64,000 nt of DNA, from assembly GCA_051362555.1 (NCBI GenBank), contig CM120641.1, forward strand, positions 682,001-746,000. Direction: 5' to 3'. A program made the position numbers and the translations under genes. Below the pieces are notes generated by a model. That model was not told the DNA's origin, did no database searches, and saw only the letters and a program-made list of their open reading frames with translations. Origin of the DNA: Lingula anatina. Lineage: Eukaryota; Animalia; Brachiopoda. Shown here piece by piece: positions 43,001-55,609 of the stretch; within the stretch, counting starts at the first letter, position 1, and every line of letters starts with the position of its first letter.

Positions 43001-45752
43001 CTCATCAAATGCGACTAAAAATTTATTCTGACGACTAAAACTACAAAAGTCACAAGGGTTACTGGCCTAAAGTATTTGGTCTGGGCGAGTGATTTAAATT
43101 GGTCCTAAATGTATGGTTGCTCAATTAAAATGTTGAACAATTATGTGAATAAAAAAACGATCATTTCATCGTTGTTCATACCTTGTTTATACTAAAGAGA
43201 GGCACACGTGCTTTGACCTAAAACTTGCATATTATGACCAATCAGAGAAGATTACGTCATCCTCTGCGGGTCAGTGAAAGAAGAAGCATGTTTTAGTCGG
43301 GTAATTCAAATATCTTAAGAAAAAAATGAGACACTTGGGAATCAATTATGACATTTTCAACATGAGTCTGACCGTCAACAGTCAACGGACTGGTCAACAT
43401 CGCCGATCTTCAAAGCCAAAGGTGTGCGTATTCGTACGCGCTGGGGCTCCAGCCAATGCGTAAAAACAGCAAAACAACGCGTAATTACGCACTCTCATAC
43501 GCTAACGAGTTTACTGTATAAATGTATAAAAGTTATTGCAAAGCAAATTATAGAGATGTGCTTTACATTTTCAGCGGAGACCAATAGCTCCATCCCAGAG
43601 AACACCACAATCCCTGAGACTGGTAAGTATCGACCCAGCACTAGTTTAGCATTATATCTCTACTGAATTCATTCAAAGCCGTTACAAAATAGTGAATGAC
43701 ATTGTTGAAGAACCTGCATTTTTTTTGAAGTTGTTCTTGTTTGTAATTGTACCACCAGCGTTAGCGCTGGCGGTACACATGGTTTTAGTCCCGTCCGGTC
43801 CGTTCCACCGGCATGTTACCGTTACCGCTTCTCCTCCTAGACGGTAAGGGCCCCCATACCCATCTCTTGGATTTAGGTCACCTATAATCTCAACTCGTTC
43901 CACGTAAAATTTGGGCTTTGTCGGTATTGGGGTCTAGGTGTGGCACTCATTGCAATGCACCCTTGTCCAAAAATGGCAAAATTAAATGCTAATTATCTAC
44001 CCTACGGAAGGAATTATGGGAAAAATTTCTACAGACGGCTTTCCAAAAGTCATATGTGTAGATTTCAAATATGCCCTTGGATTTGACCTTTGACCTTTAT
44101 TTCAAGGTCAAACGGGCAAAAATTTTCAAAAAAATGAATTTTTTTACGAAAAAAAATTTATTTGCGCTGTTATTCAGACACCACACAGACTTAACCAATA
44201 ATATTATTGGAAAATGTTACCCTTCAGGTCATCTTTCATCTATGTGAATTTGGGGTCAATCGGTGCATTTTCACGGGTGTAGCGGCCATAAGATACCGAA
44301 ACTGAAAACTGTCTCTAATTCGGGAACCGTTAATGCTAGAGACCCATTCTTTTTTGCATTTTGTAGAGCATGTAAAGCCCAACACTGGAGGTGGTCTCCA
44401 TTTTTTTGTATTCCATACGGTTTTCGAGTTAAGCTGTATCAAAAAGTACATATTGGTGGTGAAAGCAAAATGTGCAGTACGGTAATGGATAATAAATTTT
44501 GAACTCTGGAAAAATAAAACATAAGGCTTGGCAAAGCAGACAACTTGTGGTCAAAAATGACATTATTTCATCAAATTAGAACATCTGGAACTTTAGAGCA
44601 CCTCCCATTTCAAGAATTTTGACCAAAATGACCTTTTCTGTATTTTAATTAATTTTTTCTGTACGAAATTTATGGCACATTATGGTAACTCCAAAATTAT
44701 AACATTTAGTCCCTTATATCTCCAAAACTGGCAGAGATAGGTCCTTAGTTACTAAACTTGAATGGAAAGTCATATACTGGCAATCTAAATGTGACTTTGA
44801 AATTGACCTTTGACCTACTTTTCACCATGAGTTGAACTTTGCAAATTTTGGTTCCCTTTTATCTCCAAAACTGGCAGAGAGAGGTCCATAGTTACTTTTG
44901 AACTTGAATAGGAAGTCATATACTGGCAATCTAAATGTGACCTTGAAATTGACCTTTGACCTACTTTTTATCATGAATTGAACTTTGCAAATTTTGGTTC
45001 CCTTTTATTTCCAAAACTAGCGAGATAGGTCCATAGTTACTATTGAACTTGAATATGAAGTCATATACTGGCAATCTAAGTGTGACCTTGAAATTGACCT
45101 TTGACCTACTTATAATCATGAACTGAACTCTGCTAATTTCTTTCTCTTTTAACTCCAAACCTGGCAGAGATAGGTCCATAGTTACTATTGAACTTGAATA
45201 GGAAGTCATATACTGGCAATTTACTGTGACCTTGAAATTGACCTTTGACCTACCTTACGATGAACTTAACTTTGATTGTACCATTTTAAGTTATATATAT
45301 TTTTTGCGTATTTTGAAAATTCTTGTTGATTGCATTTTTATAGCTTGTCAAGCATAAGACTGGTGGCTGTGTCCCTTATTTTGTGTATGTAGGGGTCTAT
45401 ACGAATGCGCTTGCTCCAGCTGGTGGTACAATATTCGGAGGCGGTATCGCCTCTCTGATCCTCTAGTTAATGTGTGTATTTTTTGTTTGATATTATACTA
45501 TAGTATTAGTATAGCTGTTTCCTTGAAAGAAAAGTTGAGATGGATTGTTGGACTTGTTTTATGTTGCGTTGGGTTTGGGTTGTTGTCTATTTAAGGTGTT
45601 TCCTTGAATGATTTTCAGATTCACCTTTGCCACCAAAAGGCAATTGGGAATGGATTGCTGTAGTTGTTGTTTTGGTGACTGTTGGTGTTCTGGTTGGTCT
45701 GGTTCTTCTGGTTGTCTTTCTTAGGAGGAAGAAAAGGGGAAGCTGTACAGTG
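37032..45752 (+). CDS. Putative chimeric type-I membrane protein: PSMC1-derived N-terminal leader, signal-like segment, V-type Ig domain, S/T/P stalk, TM helix (3' end uncertain)
   Basis: Phase-consistent exons: 37032-37034 (ATG), 39823-39910 (DQSQSGAEAGRKKEEKKLKGSEADIKLPQ), 40206-40307 (RWIPWPIWKKLLIFFIASTIMPPVTANLEETCKN), 40998-41351 (phase 1-1 Ig exon, ..GKDFTCSF..W..VSMRIKAARPEDSGTYTF), 43575-43622 (AETNSSIPENTTIPET), 45619-45752 (WIAVVVVLVTVGVLVGLVLLVVFL then RRKKR). The next exon may be 52039 (GAT TGA) or 58563. Confidence 0.72.
39600..39750 (+). mobile_element. Degenerate copy of the PIF-like MITE
   Basis: Contains TAGATCGATC and CCTGGGGAGTCTCACTAAATTGCTGTCA, shared with 24834-25058. 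Confidence 0.55.
40361..40600 (+). mobile_element. 5' fragment of HINE-like family A
   Basis: TGTACCACCAG start and CCCATCTCTTGGATTTAGGTCAC match the 5' ends at 43748 and 48980. Confidence 0.65.
41514..41738 (-). mobile_element. PIF-like MITE, reverse orientation
   Basis: Reverse complement of the 24834-25058 element (GGGTGCTTTCCCAGAGATTTAGATCGATC ... GTGAGACTCCCCACAGGGATAGATCGATC). Confidence 0.75.
43748..45468 (+). mobile_element. Helentron-associated (HINE/DINE-1-like) non-autonomous element, family A, with ~4 copies of a 146-bp repeat
   Basis: 5' subTIR TGTACCACCAGC with adjacent hairpin; 3' subTIR GCTGGTGGTACA (45419-45430); GGAGGCGGTATCGCCTCT hairpin; CTAGTT end; internal array ~44715-45255. 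Confidence 0.75.
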
Positions 45753-46439
45753 GTAAGGATATTTGTAAATTGTATTTATTATTTTTTTTTAATGTTTATA
45801 AATAAATTTTTCTAGAGTTTAAAAGTTCTAGACCTTTACTGATCACATATTTAAGTATGTTTTTTCTTTAGCATACGGTAAAGTCTTGAAAATTTTGTCG
45901 TTCTTGAAAACCTCGTCAGCAGACGATTTTCCGCCGACGTAATTTTTTTCCCTTTGAAAACTTCGTCGACTTTGAAAACGAGGTACTGGATAATTTTTGA
46001 AAAGTTCATCACCAAATATGGCCGCGTTGTCCAGCTCAAACATGAAGGTAATACGTCAGTTGATTCAAGACAATGATACGATCAGGATATCATTGCCGAT
46101 AACACTCTCAATGGGAGATAGGAACAATAGTGCGCCCCTGCGAGCAGTTACTCACAATATAGATGGTTTAGATGTGAATTCCCGTTCTCAATTGCGGGAA
46201 CGTCGGCCTTTTGTCTTTAGTTTCATTACTATTACCTGGCTTAAGGTGCGTTATCAAGCTGGCAAATAGAAGTCACAGGCCGCGGCTTTGTCACTTTTAA
46301 CGCCGTTATTGTTATCGGCAGCTGTCTTAAATGAGGAAGACACAATGAAAAAACCAAGATATTATCTCAAATGAAATGTACCCATCACTTCTATTCATGT
46401 CCATGTTCAATTTAGGACCATTTAACGATTACCTGGCTC

Positions 46440-47486
46440 GTACATGGAGATCATTCGCAATGCGAATGGGACGAGATCGTTCGCGCTGTAAGCGAGAATA
46501 AAATGCAGTTTTCATATTAGTTCAAGGGAACTTCGTTCGTGGAAGATCGTCAGCAGGAGATCATTATTTACCCCCTCCTCCCCCTTTGAATTTTATAAAT
46601 AATATATATTTTTCATTTTATCTTTTACCCCCCTCCCCCGCTCACGGCATATCTTCAGCGGAGAATCGTTCGCGTAATATCGTCAAGACTTTGTTCGCGT
46701 AAGATCGTCAGAGGGAGATCGTTCGTGATCCCAGCGAGACGAAAAGGCAATTTTCAAATCTTCATCGGGAGATTGTTCGCGATGTAAGCAATAATAAAAT
46801 GCAGTTTTCATATTAGTTCAAGGAACTTAGTTTGCGAACGATCGTCAGCGGGAGATCATTATTTTAACCCTGCCTCCCCCTTTGAATATTATAAATAATA
46901 TATATATTTAGTTTTATCTTTAACCCCCCCTTCCCCGCTCACGGCATATCTTCGGTGGAGAATCGTTTGCGTAATATCGTCAGGCCTTTGTTCGCGTAAA
47001 ATCGTCAGAGGGAGATTGTTCGCGATCTGAGCGAGACGAAAAAGCAATTTTCTTATCATCATGGGGAGATCGTTCGCGATGTAAGCAAGAATGAAGTGCA
47101 ATTTTCATATTAGTTCAAGGGATTTAGGGAACTTCGTTCGCAGAAGATCGTCAGCGGGAGATCATTATTTAACCCCTCCCCCCCAACACACACACACTTT
47201 GGATTTTTTTAAAATATTCATTTTCATTTTATCTTTAACCCCCCCCCCTTCCCCGCTCACGGCATATCTTCGGCAGAGAATCGTTTGCGTAATATCGTCA
47301 GGACTTTGTTCGCGTAAAATCGTCAGAGGGAGATCGTTCGCGATACGAGCGAGACGAAAAGGCTATTTTCATATCATCATCGGGAGATCGTTCGTGATGT
47401 AAGCAAGAATGAAATGCAATTTTCATATTAGTTCAAGGGATTTAGGGAACTTCGTTCGCGGAAGATTATCAGCGGTTGATCATTAT

Positions 47487-47532
<46 letters not shown>

Positions 47533-47660
47533 ACTTTGGATTTTTTTTAAATATTCATTTTCATTTTATCTTTAATCCGCCCCTGCCCCGCTCATGGTAT
47601 ATCTTCGGCAGAGAATCATTCGCGTAATATTCTCAGGACTTTGTTCGCATAAGATCATAT
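46440..47660. repeat. ~300-bp tandem repeat (~4 copies) built on an AGATCGTTCGCG sub-motif
   Basis: TTTTCATATTAGTTCAAGG recurs at ~46510, 46805, 47102 and 47420; variable poly-C and (CA)n tracts. Confidence 0.88.
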
Positions 47661-48979
47661 CAGAGGCTTTAAACTTAAAGAATTTGCAGGTAAAGCTTAA
47701 TTGGACCATTTTTCAAAATATTATGCTGTTTTTTTTTTTGGGGGGGGGCATATATGCAATACTGATAAAACATTTCAAGGAAAACTAATACCCTAACTAA
47801 CTAACTTTAGTGATCAGTCTTACTAAAATACAGGTTGAGTTTGGAAATCAGCTTGATTAGACAATTTTTACAAAAGTAATGCAGGTTTTTTTTCACTTTT
47901 TCAGCATATTTTATCGACCATTATACTGGAAGCATGAAAACTGTGACATATTTTGTTTTAAAACTTGTAGAACCAATTCTGTGTATGATCATATCAAGTT
48001 TGAAAATAAGCTTAAAGGGATAATATGGTAATTCTCCGATCTATACGAATGATTTTAATTAATTATTTTTGGAAGATAATCATTTTGTTCGTAAGGTTTG
48101 AAATGCAATCCGCAAAAAATTGCCACGCGTTCGTATCCTTTGAAATACGAATGGAATATGGCTGTACCGGAAGTTATCTCCACTTACCTACATCGCTAAG
48201 TGTAAGCATTACTTTCAGATTAAATCACTGCTTTTAGCACAAACAAATTATTCTTGCGATATTGCAAATCAAACAAACTAAACAAAAGTCGTGTATTCAA
48301 GTTAAAACAACCTCTTAATACTAAAGAGGTACCGTTTCTCCCAAGACAGGACAACATCGTTTTTCCCTGTACAGTTTCTACCAAGACAGGACAACATCGT
48401 TTTTCCCAACTTATGTCAAAAACAGACAAGAATATTTTCATTTCCAGTACATTAAAATTTTTCTACAGGAATCATGAACTGTATAGCTGTTATTTGTGTT
48501 GCATATTTTATTTATTGCGTGTTTACTTTTAACATGATATCACAGAGAGAAAATTTGCAATATTAATAATTTCACAACCTTTACCCCATTACATAAACTT
48601 CTTCCGCCAAAAGAAAATGCTTGAAACTCCTCAACAACGTTAATAAACGATTTTACTTGATATAAAAATATCATCAGCTCAATTCAAGTCTATTTATGAA
48701 AGTCTTTTACAGCATATTCATTTGCACGTAATCAATGTAAATGTAAGTAGAAAAAAATGCAGAAGAACTGCAGGCAAATTTGTATAAAGCCAATGGAATC
48801 CACAAAAATTGACGTTTTCAGGTAAAATTTTAACTTGGCAATGTACCTATACATTGTCTTCAAGATTCCTCTGGCCTTATATATTATAAAGTAAAAGCTG
48901 AGTTGGCGCACAGGAGTGTAACAAGACATATGCATGGATGCACTGTGCCTGCAATTTTTTTGGGGCCAAGCATTATATT

Positions 48980-51898
48980 TGTACCACCAGCGTTAGCGCT
49001 GGCGGTACACATGGTTTCGGTCCCGTCCGGATCGTTCTGCCGGCTCTGCCAGCTCCGCCGGCTCCGCCGGATGGCTACCGTTACCGCTTCTCCTCCTAGA
49101 CGGTAAGGGCCCCCGTACCCATCTCATGGATTTAGGTCACCTATAATCTCAACTTGTTCCACGTAAAATTTGGGCTTTGTCGGTATTGGGGTCTGGGTGT
49201 GGCACTCATTACAATGCACCCTTGTCTAAAAATGGCAAAATTAAATGCTAATTATCTACCCTACGGAAGGAGTTATGGGAAAAATTTTTATAGACGGCTT
49301 TCCAAAAGTCATATGTGTAGATTTCAAATATACCCTTGGATTTGACCTTTGACCTTTACTTCAAGGTCAAATGGGCCAAAATTTTCAAAAAAATGAAATT
49401 TTTTACGAAAAAAATTTTTTTTGCCCTGTTATTCAGACACCACACAGACTTAACCAATAATATTATTGGAAAGTGTTACCCTTCAGGTCATCTTTCATCT
49501 CCATGAATTTGGGGTCAATCGGTGCATTTTCACGGGAGTAGCGGCCATAAGATACCGAAACTGAAAACTGTCTCTAATTCGGGAACCGTTAATGCTAGAG
49601 ACCCATTCTTTTTTGCATTTTGTAGAGCATGTAAAGCCCAACACTGGAAGTGGTCTCGGTTTTTTTGTATACCATACGGTTTTCGAGTTACGCTGTATCA
49701 AAAAGTACATATTGGTGGTAAAAGCAAAATGTGCAGTACGGTAATGGATAATAAATTTTGAACTCTGGAAAAATAAAACATAAGGCTTGGAAAAGCAGAC
49801 AACTTGTGTTCAAAAATGACATTATTTCATCAAATTTGAACTTCTGAAACTTCAGAGCACCTCCTATTTCAAGAATTTTGACCAAAATGACATTTTCTTT
49901 ATTTTAATTAATTTTTTCTGTACGAAATTTAAGGCACATTATGGTAACTCCAAAATTATAACATTTAGTCCCTTATATCTCCAAAACTGGCAGAGATAGG
50001 TCCATAGTTACTATTGAAGTTGAATAGGAAGTCATATACTGGCTATCTTTCTGTGACCTTAAAATTGACCTTTGACCTACTTTTCACCATGAACTGAACT
50101 TTGCAAGTTTTGCTTCCCTTTTATCTCCAAAACTGGCAGAGATAGGTCCATAGTTACTATTGAACTTGAATAGGAAGTCATATACTGGCAATCTAAATGT
50201 GATCTTAAAATTGACCTTTGACCTACTTTTCACCATGAACTGAACTTTGCAAATTTTGCTTCCCTTTTATCTCCAAAACTGGCAGAGATATGTCCGTAGT
50301 TACTATTGAACTTGAATAGAAAGTCATATACTGGCAATCTAAATGTGACCTTGAAATTGACCTTTGACCTACTTTTCACCATGAATTGAACTTTGCAAAT
50401 TTTGCTTTCCTTTTATCTCCAAAACTGGCAGAGAAAGGTCCGTAGTTACTATTGAACTTGAATAGGAAGTCATATACTGGCAATCTATATGTGACCTTAA
50501 AATTGACCTTTGACCTACTTTTCACCATGAATTGAACTTTGCAAATTTTGCTTCCCTTTTATCTCCAAAACTGGCAGAGCTAGGTCCATAGTTACTATTG
50601 AACTTGAATAGGAAGTCATATACTGGCAATCTAAATGTGACCTTAAAATTGACCTTTGACCTACTTTACACCATGAACTGAATTTTGCAAATTTTGCTTT
50701 TCTTTTATCTCCAAAACTGGCTGAGATAGGTCCGTAGTTACTATTGAACTTGAATAGAAAGTCATATACTGGCAATCTAAATGTGACCTTGAAATTGACC
50801 TTTGACCTACTTTTCACCATGAATTGAACTTTGCAAATTTTGCTTTCCTTTTATCTCCAAAACTGGCAGAGATAGGTCCGTAGTTACTATTGAACTTGAA
50901 TAGGAAGTCATATACTGGCAATCTATATGTGACCTTAAAATTGACCTTTGACCTACTTTTCACCACGAATTGAACTTTGCAAATTTTGCTTTCCTTTTAT
51001 CTCCAAAACTGGCAGAGATAGGTCCGTAGTTACTATTGAACTTGAATAGGAAGTCATATACTGGCAATCTATATGTGACCTTAAAATTGACCTTTGACCT
51101 ACTTTTCACCATGAATTGAACTTTGCAAATTTTGCTTTCCTTTTATCTCCAAAACTGGCAGAGATAGGTCCGTAGTTACTATTGAACTTGAATAGGAAGT
51201 CATATACTGGCAATCTAAATGTGACCTTGAAATTGACCTTTGACCTACTTTTCACCATGAATTGAACTTTGCAAATTTTGCTTTCCTTTTATCTCCAAAA
51301 CTGGCAGAGATAGGTCCGTAGTTACTATTGAACTTGAATAGGAAGTCATATACAGGCAATCTTTCTGTGACCTTAAAATTGACCTTTGACCTACTTTTCA
51401 CCATGAACTGAATTTTGCAAATTTTTCTTCCCTTTTATCTCCAAAACTGGCAGAGATAGGTCCATAGTTACTATTGAACTTGAATAGGAAGTCATATACT
51501 GGCAATCTAAATGTGACCTTAAAATTGACCTTTGACCTACTTTTCACCATGAACTGAACTTTGCAAATTTTGCTTTCCTTTTGTCTCCAAAACTGGCAGA
51601 GATAGGTCCATAGTTACTCTTGAACTTGAATAGGAAGTCATATACTGGCAATTTACTGTGACCTTGAAATTGACCCTTGACCTATCTTACATCTTACGAA
51701 GAACTAAAATTTGATTGTACCATATATATTTTTTGCAAAAGTTTAAAAATTCTTGTTGATTGCATTTTTACAGCTTGTCAAGCACAAAACTGGTGGCTGT
51801 GTTCCTTATTTTGTGTATGTGGGGGTCTATACGAATGCGCTTGCTCCAGCTGGTGGTACAATATTCGGAGGCGGTATCGCCTCTCTGATCCTCTAGTT
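48980..51898 (+). mobile_element. HINE-like family A, second full copy, with ~12 copies of the 146-bp repeat
   Basis: Same termini and body as 43748-45468. TATCTCCAAAACTGGCAGAG recurs at 49976, 50122, 50268 ... 51582 (period 146). Confidence 0.8.
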
Positions 51899-52493
51899 TT
51901 ATCTATAAATTTAGTGCATTTTATATTATAATCAAAAAAACCCCTACGATGTTAGTTTATGTCACCTGTATGCACAAATCCTCTGTAAAACATGTTATGC
52001 ATCATTGTTCTGACACCCCATCTTGTTTGCTTTCACAGGATTGAGGCAAACAATGCTAGTTACCTGCAGGAGTTCTATCTTAATCGTCCATTTAGCTGAA
52101 ACTTCATAAATTCTTAATTAATTGGCGGGTTAAGTGCCCTTCAACCCTCAGGTAGCCTTTGTCTTGAGTGTATCGAAAGCACTCTCGCTAGCTATTCAAT
52201 TCAATTCAATTCAGTATGATGGAAGGCCCTATAATTTTCTATTAGTATTAGTTTTTTTTAAATTTTCAGCTTCATAAACCATTTAACGACGTAACGCTGC
52301 ATCGAGGCAACTAAATCTGTCTAAACTGACAAACTATAGGCTGCATTTTTATGGTCTATGAGTATTGCGTTGATTTAGAAAGTTTAGGCATTTCAATTTG
52401 CTCATTTTTCAATTAAATTAATTAAAGTAATCTTGTTATACTCGTACATTTAATTTTAACTCTTATCATTACAATATCAGATATAAAATATAA

Positions 52494-55400
52494 GGCCACA
52501 CTTTTTTAATTTTATGGATGACATCCTGCGCGCGCACGGATTTTCGCCCGTTCTCAAAAAAAAAAAAAAAAAAAAAAAAAAGCCCCCCAGCCCCCAACGA
52601 AGTCGGTTGTCGCAAACGTTGTTATTGAATTTGCAAGGAAATGAGCTTTCTGCGCATGCGTATTTTCGCCACGTGGAAATGCGGCCACGTTGCTGTCAAA
52701 TTCATCTCTAGGATTACTTTCAAATTACACAACAATAAAAGTCGTCAAGAGAACGGGCGCCATCGTTTTGGATTGGTATGCCATTGATATTGGGCATGGA
52801 GATATCACCTTTTTATGTACAGACACAGATGTGTCTGTACATATTGCCATCGCCTGCGTCTGTCGTCGCCGTCGCCGATGCCGATGCCGATGCCGATGCC
52901 GATGCCGTCGCCGTGCACTTTCCTTGTAAACACGATAAGTGGAGGGCAGTTTTACTTTTTGGCTTTATATTTACAGAGCTGATGAATATTCATAAAACGC
53001 AGGTCAAGTTCGAAAATCAGCATGATCGGGCCATTATTGTCGAAGTTATGCTGTTTTTTAACTTTTCAGCATATATGCAACCCTGTAAACACATTTTAAG
53101 GAAAACTGTTAGGCCTGTTGTCATGAAACTCACAGGAGTAATCAATCTTACTAAAACCCAGGTCAAGTTCGAAAATCGGGATGATCGGGCCACTATTTTA
53201 GTAGTTATGCTGTTTTTTCATTTTTCAGCATATATGCAACACTGTAAACACAATATAAGAAAAACAGATAAGCCAATTGTCATTAAACTCACAGGAGTGG
53301 TCAATCTTACTAAAACGCAGGTTGAGTTCGAAAATCAGCATAATCGGGCCATTATTTTAAAAGTTATGCTGCTTTTTCACATTTCCTCAGATTCAATTCT
53401 TAGGCATGTTAACAGTCTAATTATTTTACTAATAAGATACATAAAAGTGTTTGTTTGACATTTCCTGCATCTTTACAACATTGTTAGTTGATTATGTAAA
53501 AATGATGGTAAACTTGTTATCGTGTATTGTGTAATAAAGTGTCAAAAATGGAAATAAACTCATATCATTGCAGTTTGTCAGATTCAATCATTCACTATGT
53601 TCAGAATCTCAGAATGGAGGAAATTGGACATTTAACACTATTCTATTGATATTTTTCCCATCTCATCAATTTTCTTAGTTGATCATATAAGAATTGCAGT
53701 AAACTGTTTATTTTGTTTTATGTTAAAAAAAGTGTTAAAAATGGAAATAAACTCATGTCAGAACAGTGCTGTCTTGTTTCACATTTCCTCAGATTCAATT
53801 CTTAGGCATGTTAACAGTCTCATTATTTAACTAATAAGACATGTAAAAGTGTTTGGTTGACATTTCCTGCATCTTTACAACATTATTAGTTGATTACGTA
53901 AAAATAATAGTAAACTTGTTATCGTGTATTGTGTAATATAGTGTCAAAAATGGAAATAAACTCATATCATTGCAGTTTGTCAGATTCAATTATTCACTAT
54001 GTTCAGAATCTCAGATAGGAGGAAATTGGACTTTTAACACTGTTTTTTTTTTTGATAATTTTGCCATCTCATCAATTTTCTTAGTTGATCATATAAAAAT
54101 TGCAGTAAACTGATTATTTTGTTTTATGTTTAAAAAGTGTTAAAAATGGAAATAAACCCATGTCAGAACAGTGCATGTCAGAAAATGTCTTTGTTTACAT
54201 TTTGGCATTTTCAAGTTGTGACTTTGAAGTTCCTTGGGCCTGAAGACCTTTGCTAGTCACATTTTCTGAATATCCATGATATTAATATTTTATTATTAAA
54301 AATTGATGGTCATTATGCTGTTAAACATTATGTAATATTGCATCAAAATTTGAAAAAAAAAACTATTTTGGGCACTGCTCCCATGATGACCATTTAAGGA
54401 AAACCATGTCACTTACTGTTCTGAAACAGTACAGTAAATATGTACAGATGTGTCTGTACATATTGCCATCACCTGCGTCTGTCGTCGCCGACGCCGTCGC
54501 CGGCGCCGTGCACTTTCATTGTAAACACGATAAGTGGAAGGCAGTTTTACTTTTTGGCTGTATATTTACAGAGCTGATGAATATTCATAAAATGCAGGTC
54601 TAGTTCGAAAATCAGCATGATCAGGCCATTATTGTAGAAGTTATGCTGTTTTTTCACTTTTCAGTATATATGCAACACTGTAAACACATTTCAAGGAAAA
54701 CCGATAGGCCTGTTGTCATAAAACTCACAGGAGTTATTGATCTTACTAAAATGCAGGTCAAGTTCGAAAATCGGCATGATCGGGCCACTATTTTAGTAGT
54801 TATGCTTTTTTTTTCACTTTTCAGCATATTTAAAATTTGATGTTGAATTTGCAGTTTAACATAATGTATTTTTGCATCAGAATTGACAGTAGCCTATTTT
54901 ATGCATAGTTATTTCCTGTTTTTTCTCTGTACATTTGACAGCTTTGCTGCCTTGTTACAATTGTGCGAAAGGCTGGCGGTGGCCGAAACATTTCTGTGAC
55001 ATTCTGTATAAAGCAGCACATTAATACCAGGTTTTCTGTAGCGAAAAAAGGGTCGACAAGGGCGTCGAGGTATTTGGTGGGCTGAAGGTCGGACAGGCCA
55101 CCTGACAGTTTAGCTGCTTCGTGTGAGTTGAAGTTGACAAAATGGCATCGTCTGAAATGACCTTTAATAGATTTGGTAGTATTAAGCACATCTTTGCATC
55201 ATTTTTTAAACATTGCTGTGAAGTATTCAAAATGTTTTAATATTCTGAGAATACAAATAAAGACGCACTGTTTGATTGATATTTGTTTTATTGATTGCTA
55301 TACCAAATGAATGCATGAAATAACCTTAAATAGATTTGGTAATATGAAGTATATCAATTCATGCCTTTTTTTTTACATTTCTACGAAGTATTCACAATGC

Positions 55401-55609
55401 TTTAATATTTTGAGAGCATGGATAAAGACATATTGTTAGTTTGATACGTGTTTCTGTGGTTAAATTTGTGTTTCCAGCTGTGTACTGACAGCATTCCTTT
55501 ACTTAAGCAATTTTTTTTTTTTTTGGACTGTTTTTTTTTTTTTTCGCCCTCTCGCACCGATTTTGGGGTACCCAGAGGATGTCATCCATAAAAATAAAAA
55601 AGTGTGGCC
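52494..55609. mobile_element. PIF/Harbinger-like non-autonomous element (~3.1 kb) enclosing HINE family B sequence
   Basis: 34-bp TIRs GGCCACACTTTTTTAATTTTATGGATGACATCCT / AGGATGTCATCCATAAAAATAAAAAAGTGTGGCC (33/34); TAA on both flanks. Confidence 0.8.
52810..54830 (+). mobile_element. HINE-like family B copies (5' palindrome, (GCCGAT)n tract, ~161-bp repeats, ~400-bp tandem duplication)
   Basis: Palindrome TGTACAGACACAGATGTGTCTGTACA; repeated GCAGGTCAAGTTCGAAAATCAGCATGATCGGGCC; CACATTTCCTCAGATTCAATTCTTAGG at 53378 and 53780; a second 5' end at ~54441. Confidence 0.65.

Noticed and set aside
42600-43100. hAT-MITE-like fragments (ending GTTGGACTCTG; starting CAGAGCTGGAAATTCC)
   Set aside because: Could not pair TIRs or identify TSDs with confidence.
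44236-50820. Duplicated 70-100 aa ORFs at 44236/49495, 44263/49522 and 44961/50515
   Set aside because: They fall inside the two HINE-like copies and their arrays, with no transposase, Rep or helicase motifs.
52778-53458. 226-aa ORF with an AD repeat
   Set aside because: Chance read-through of a (GCCGAT)n tract and 161-bp repeat units; sister copies are interrupted by stops.
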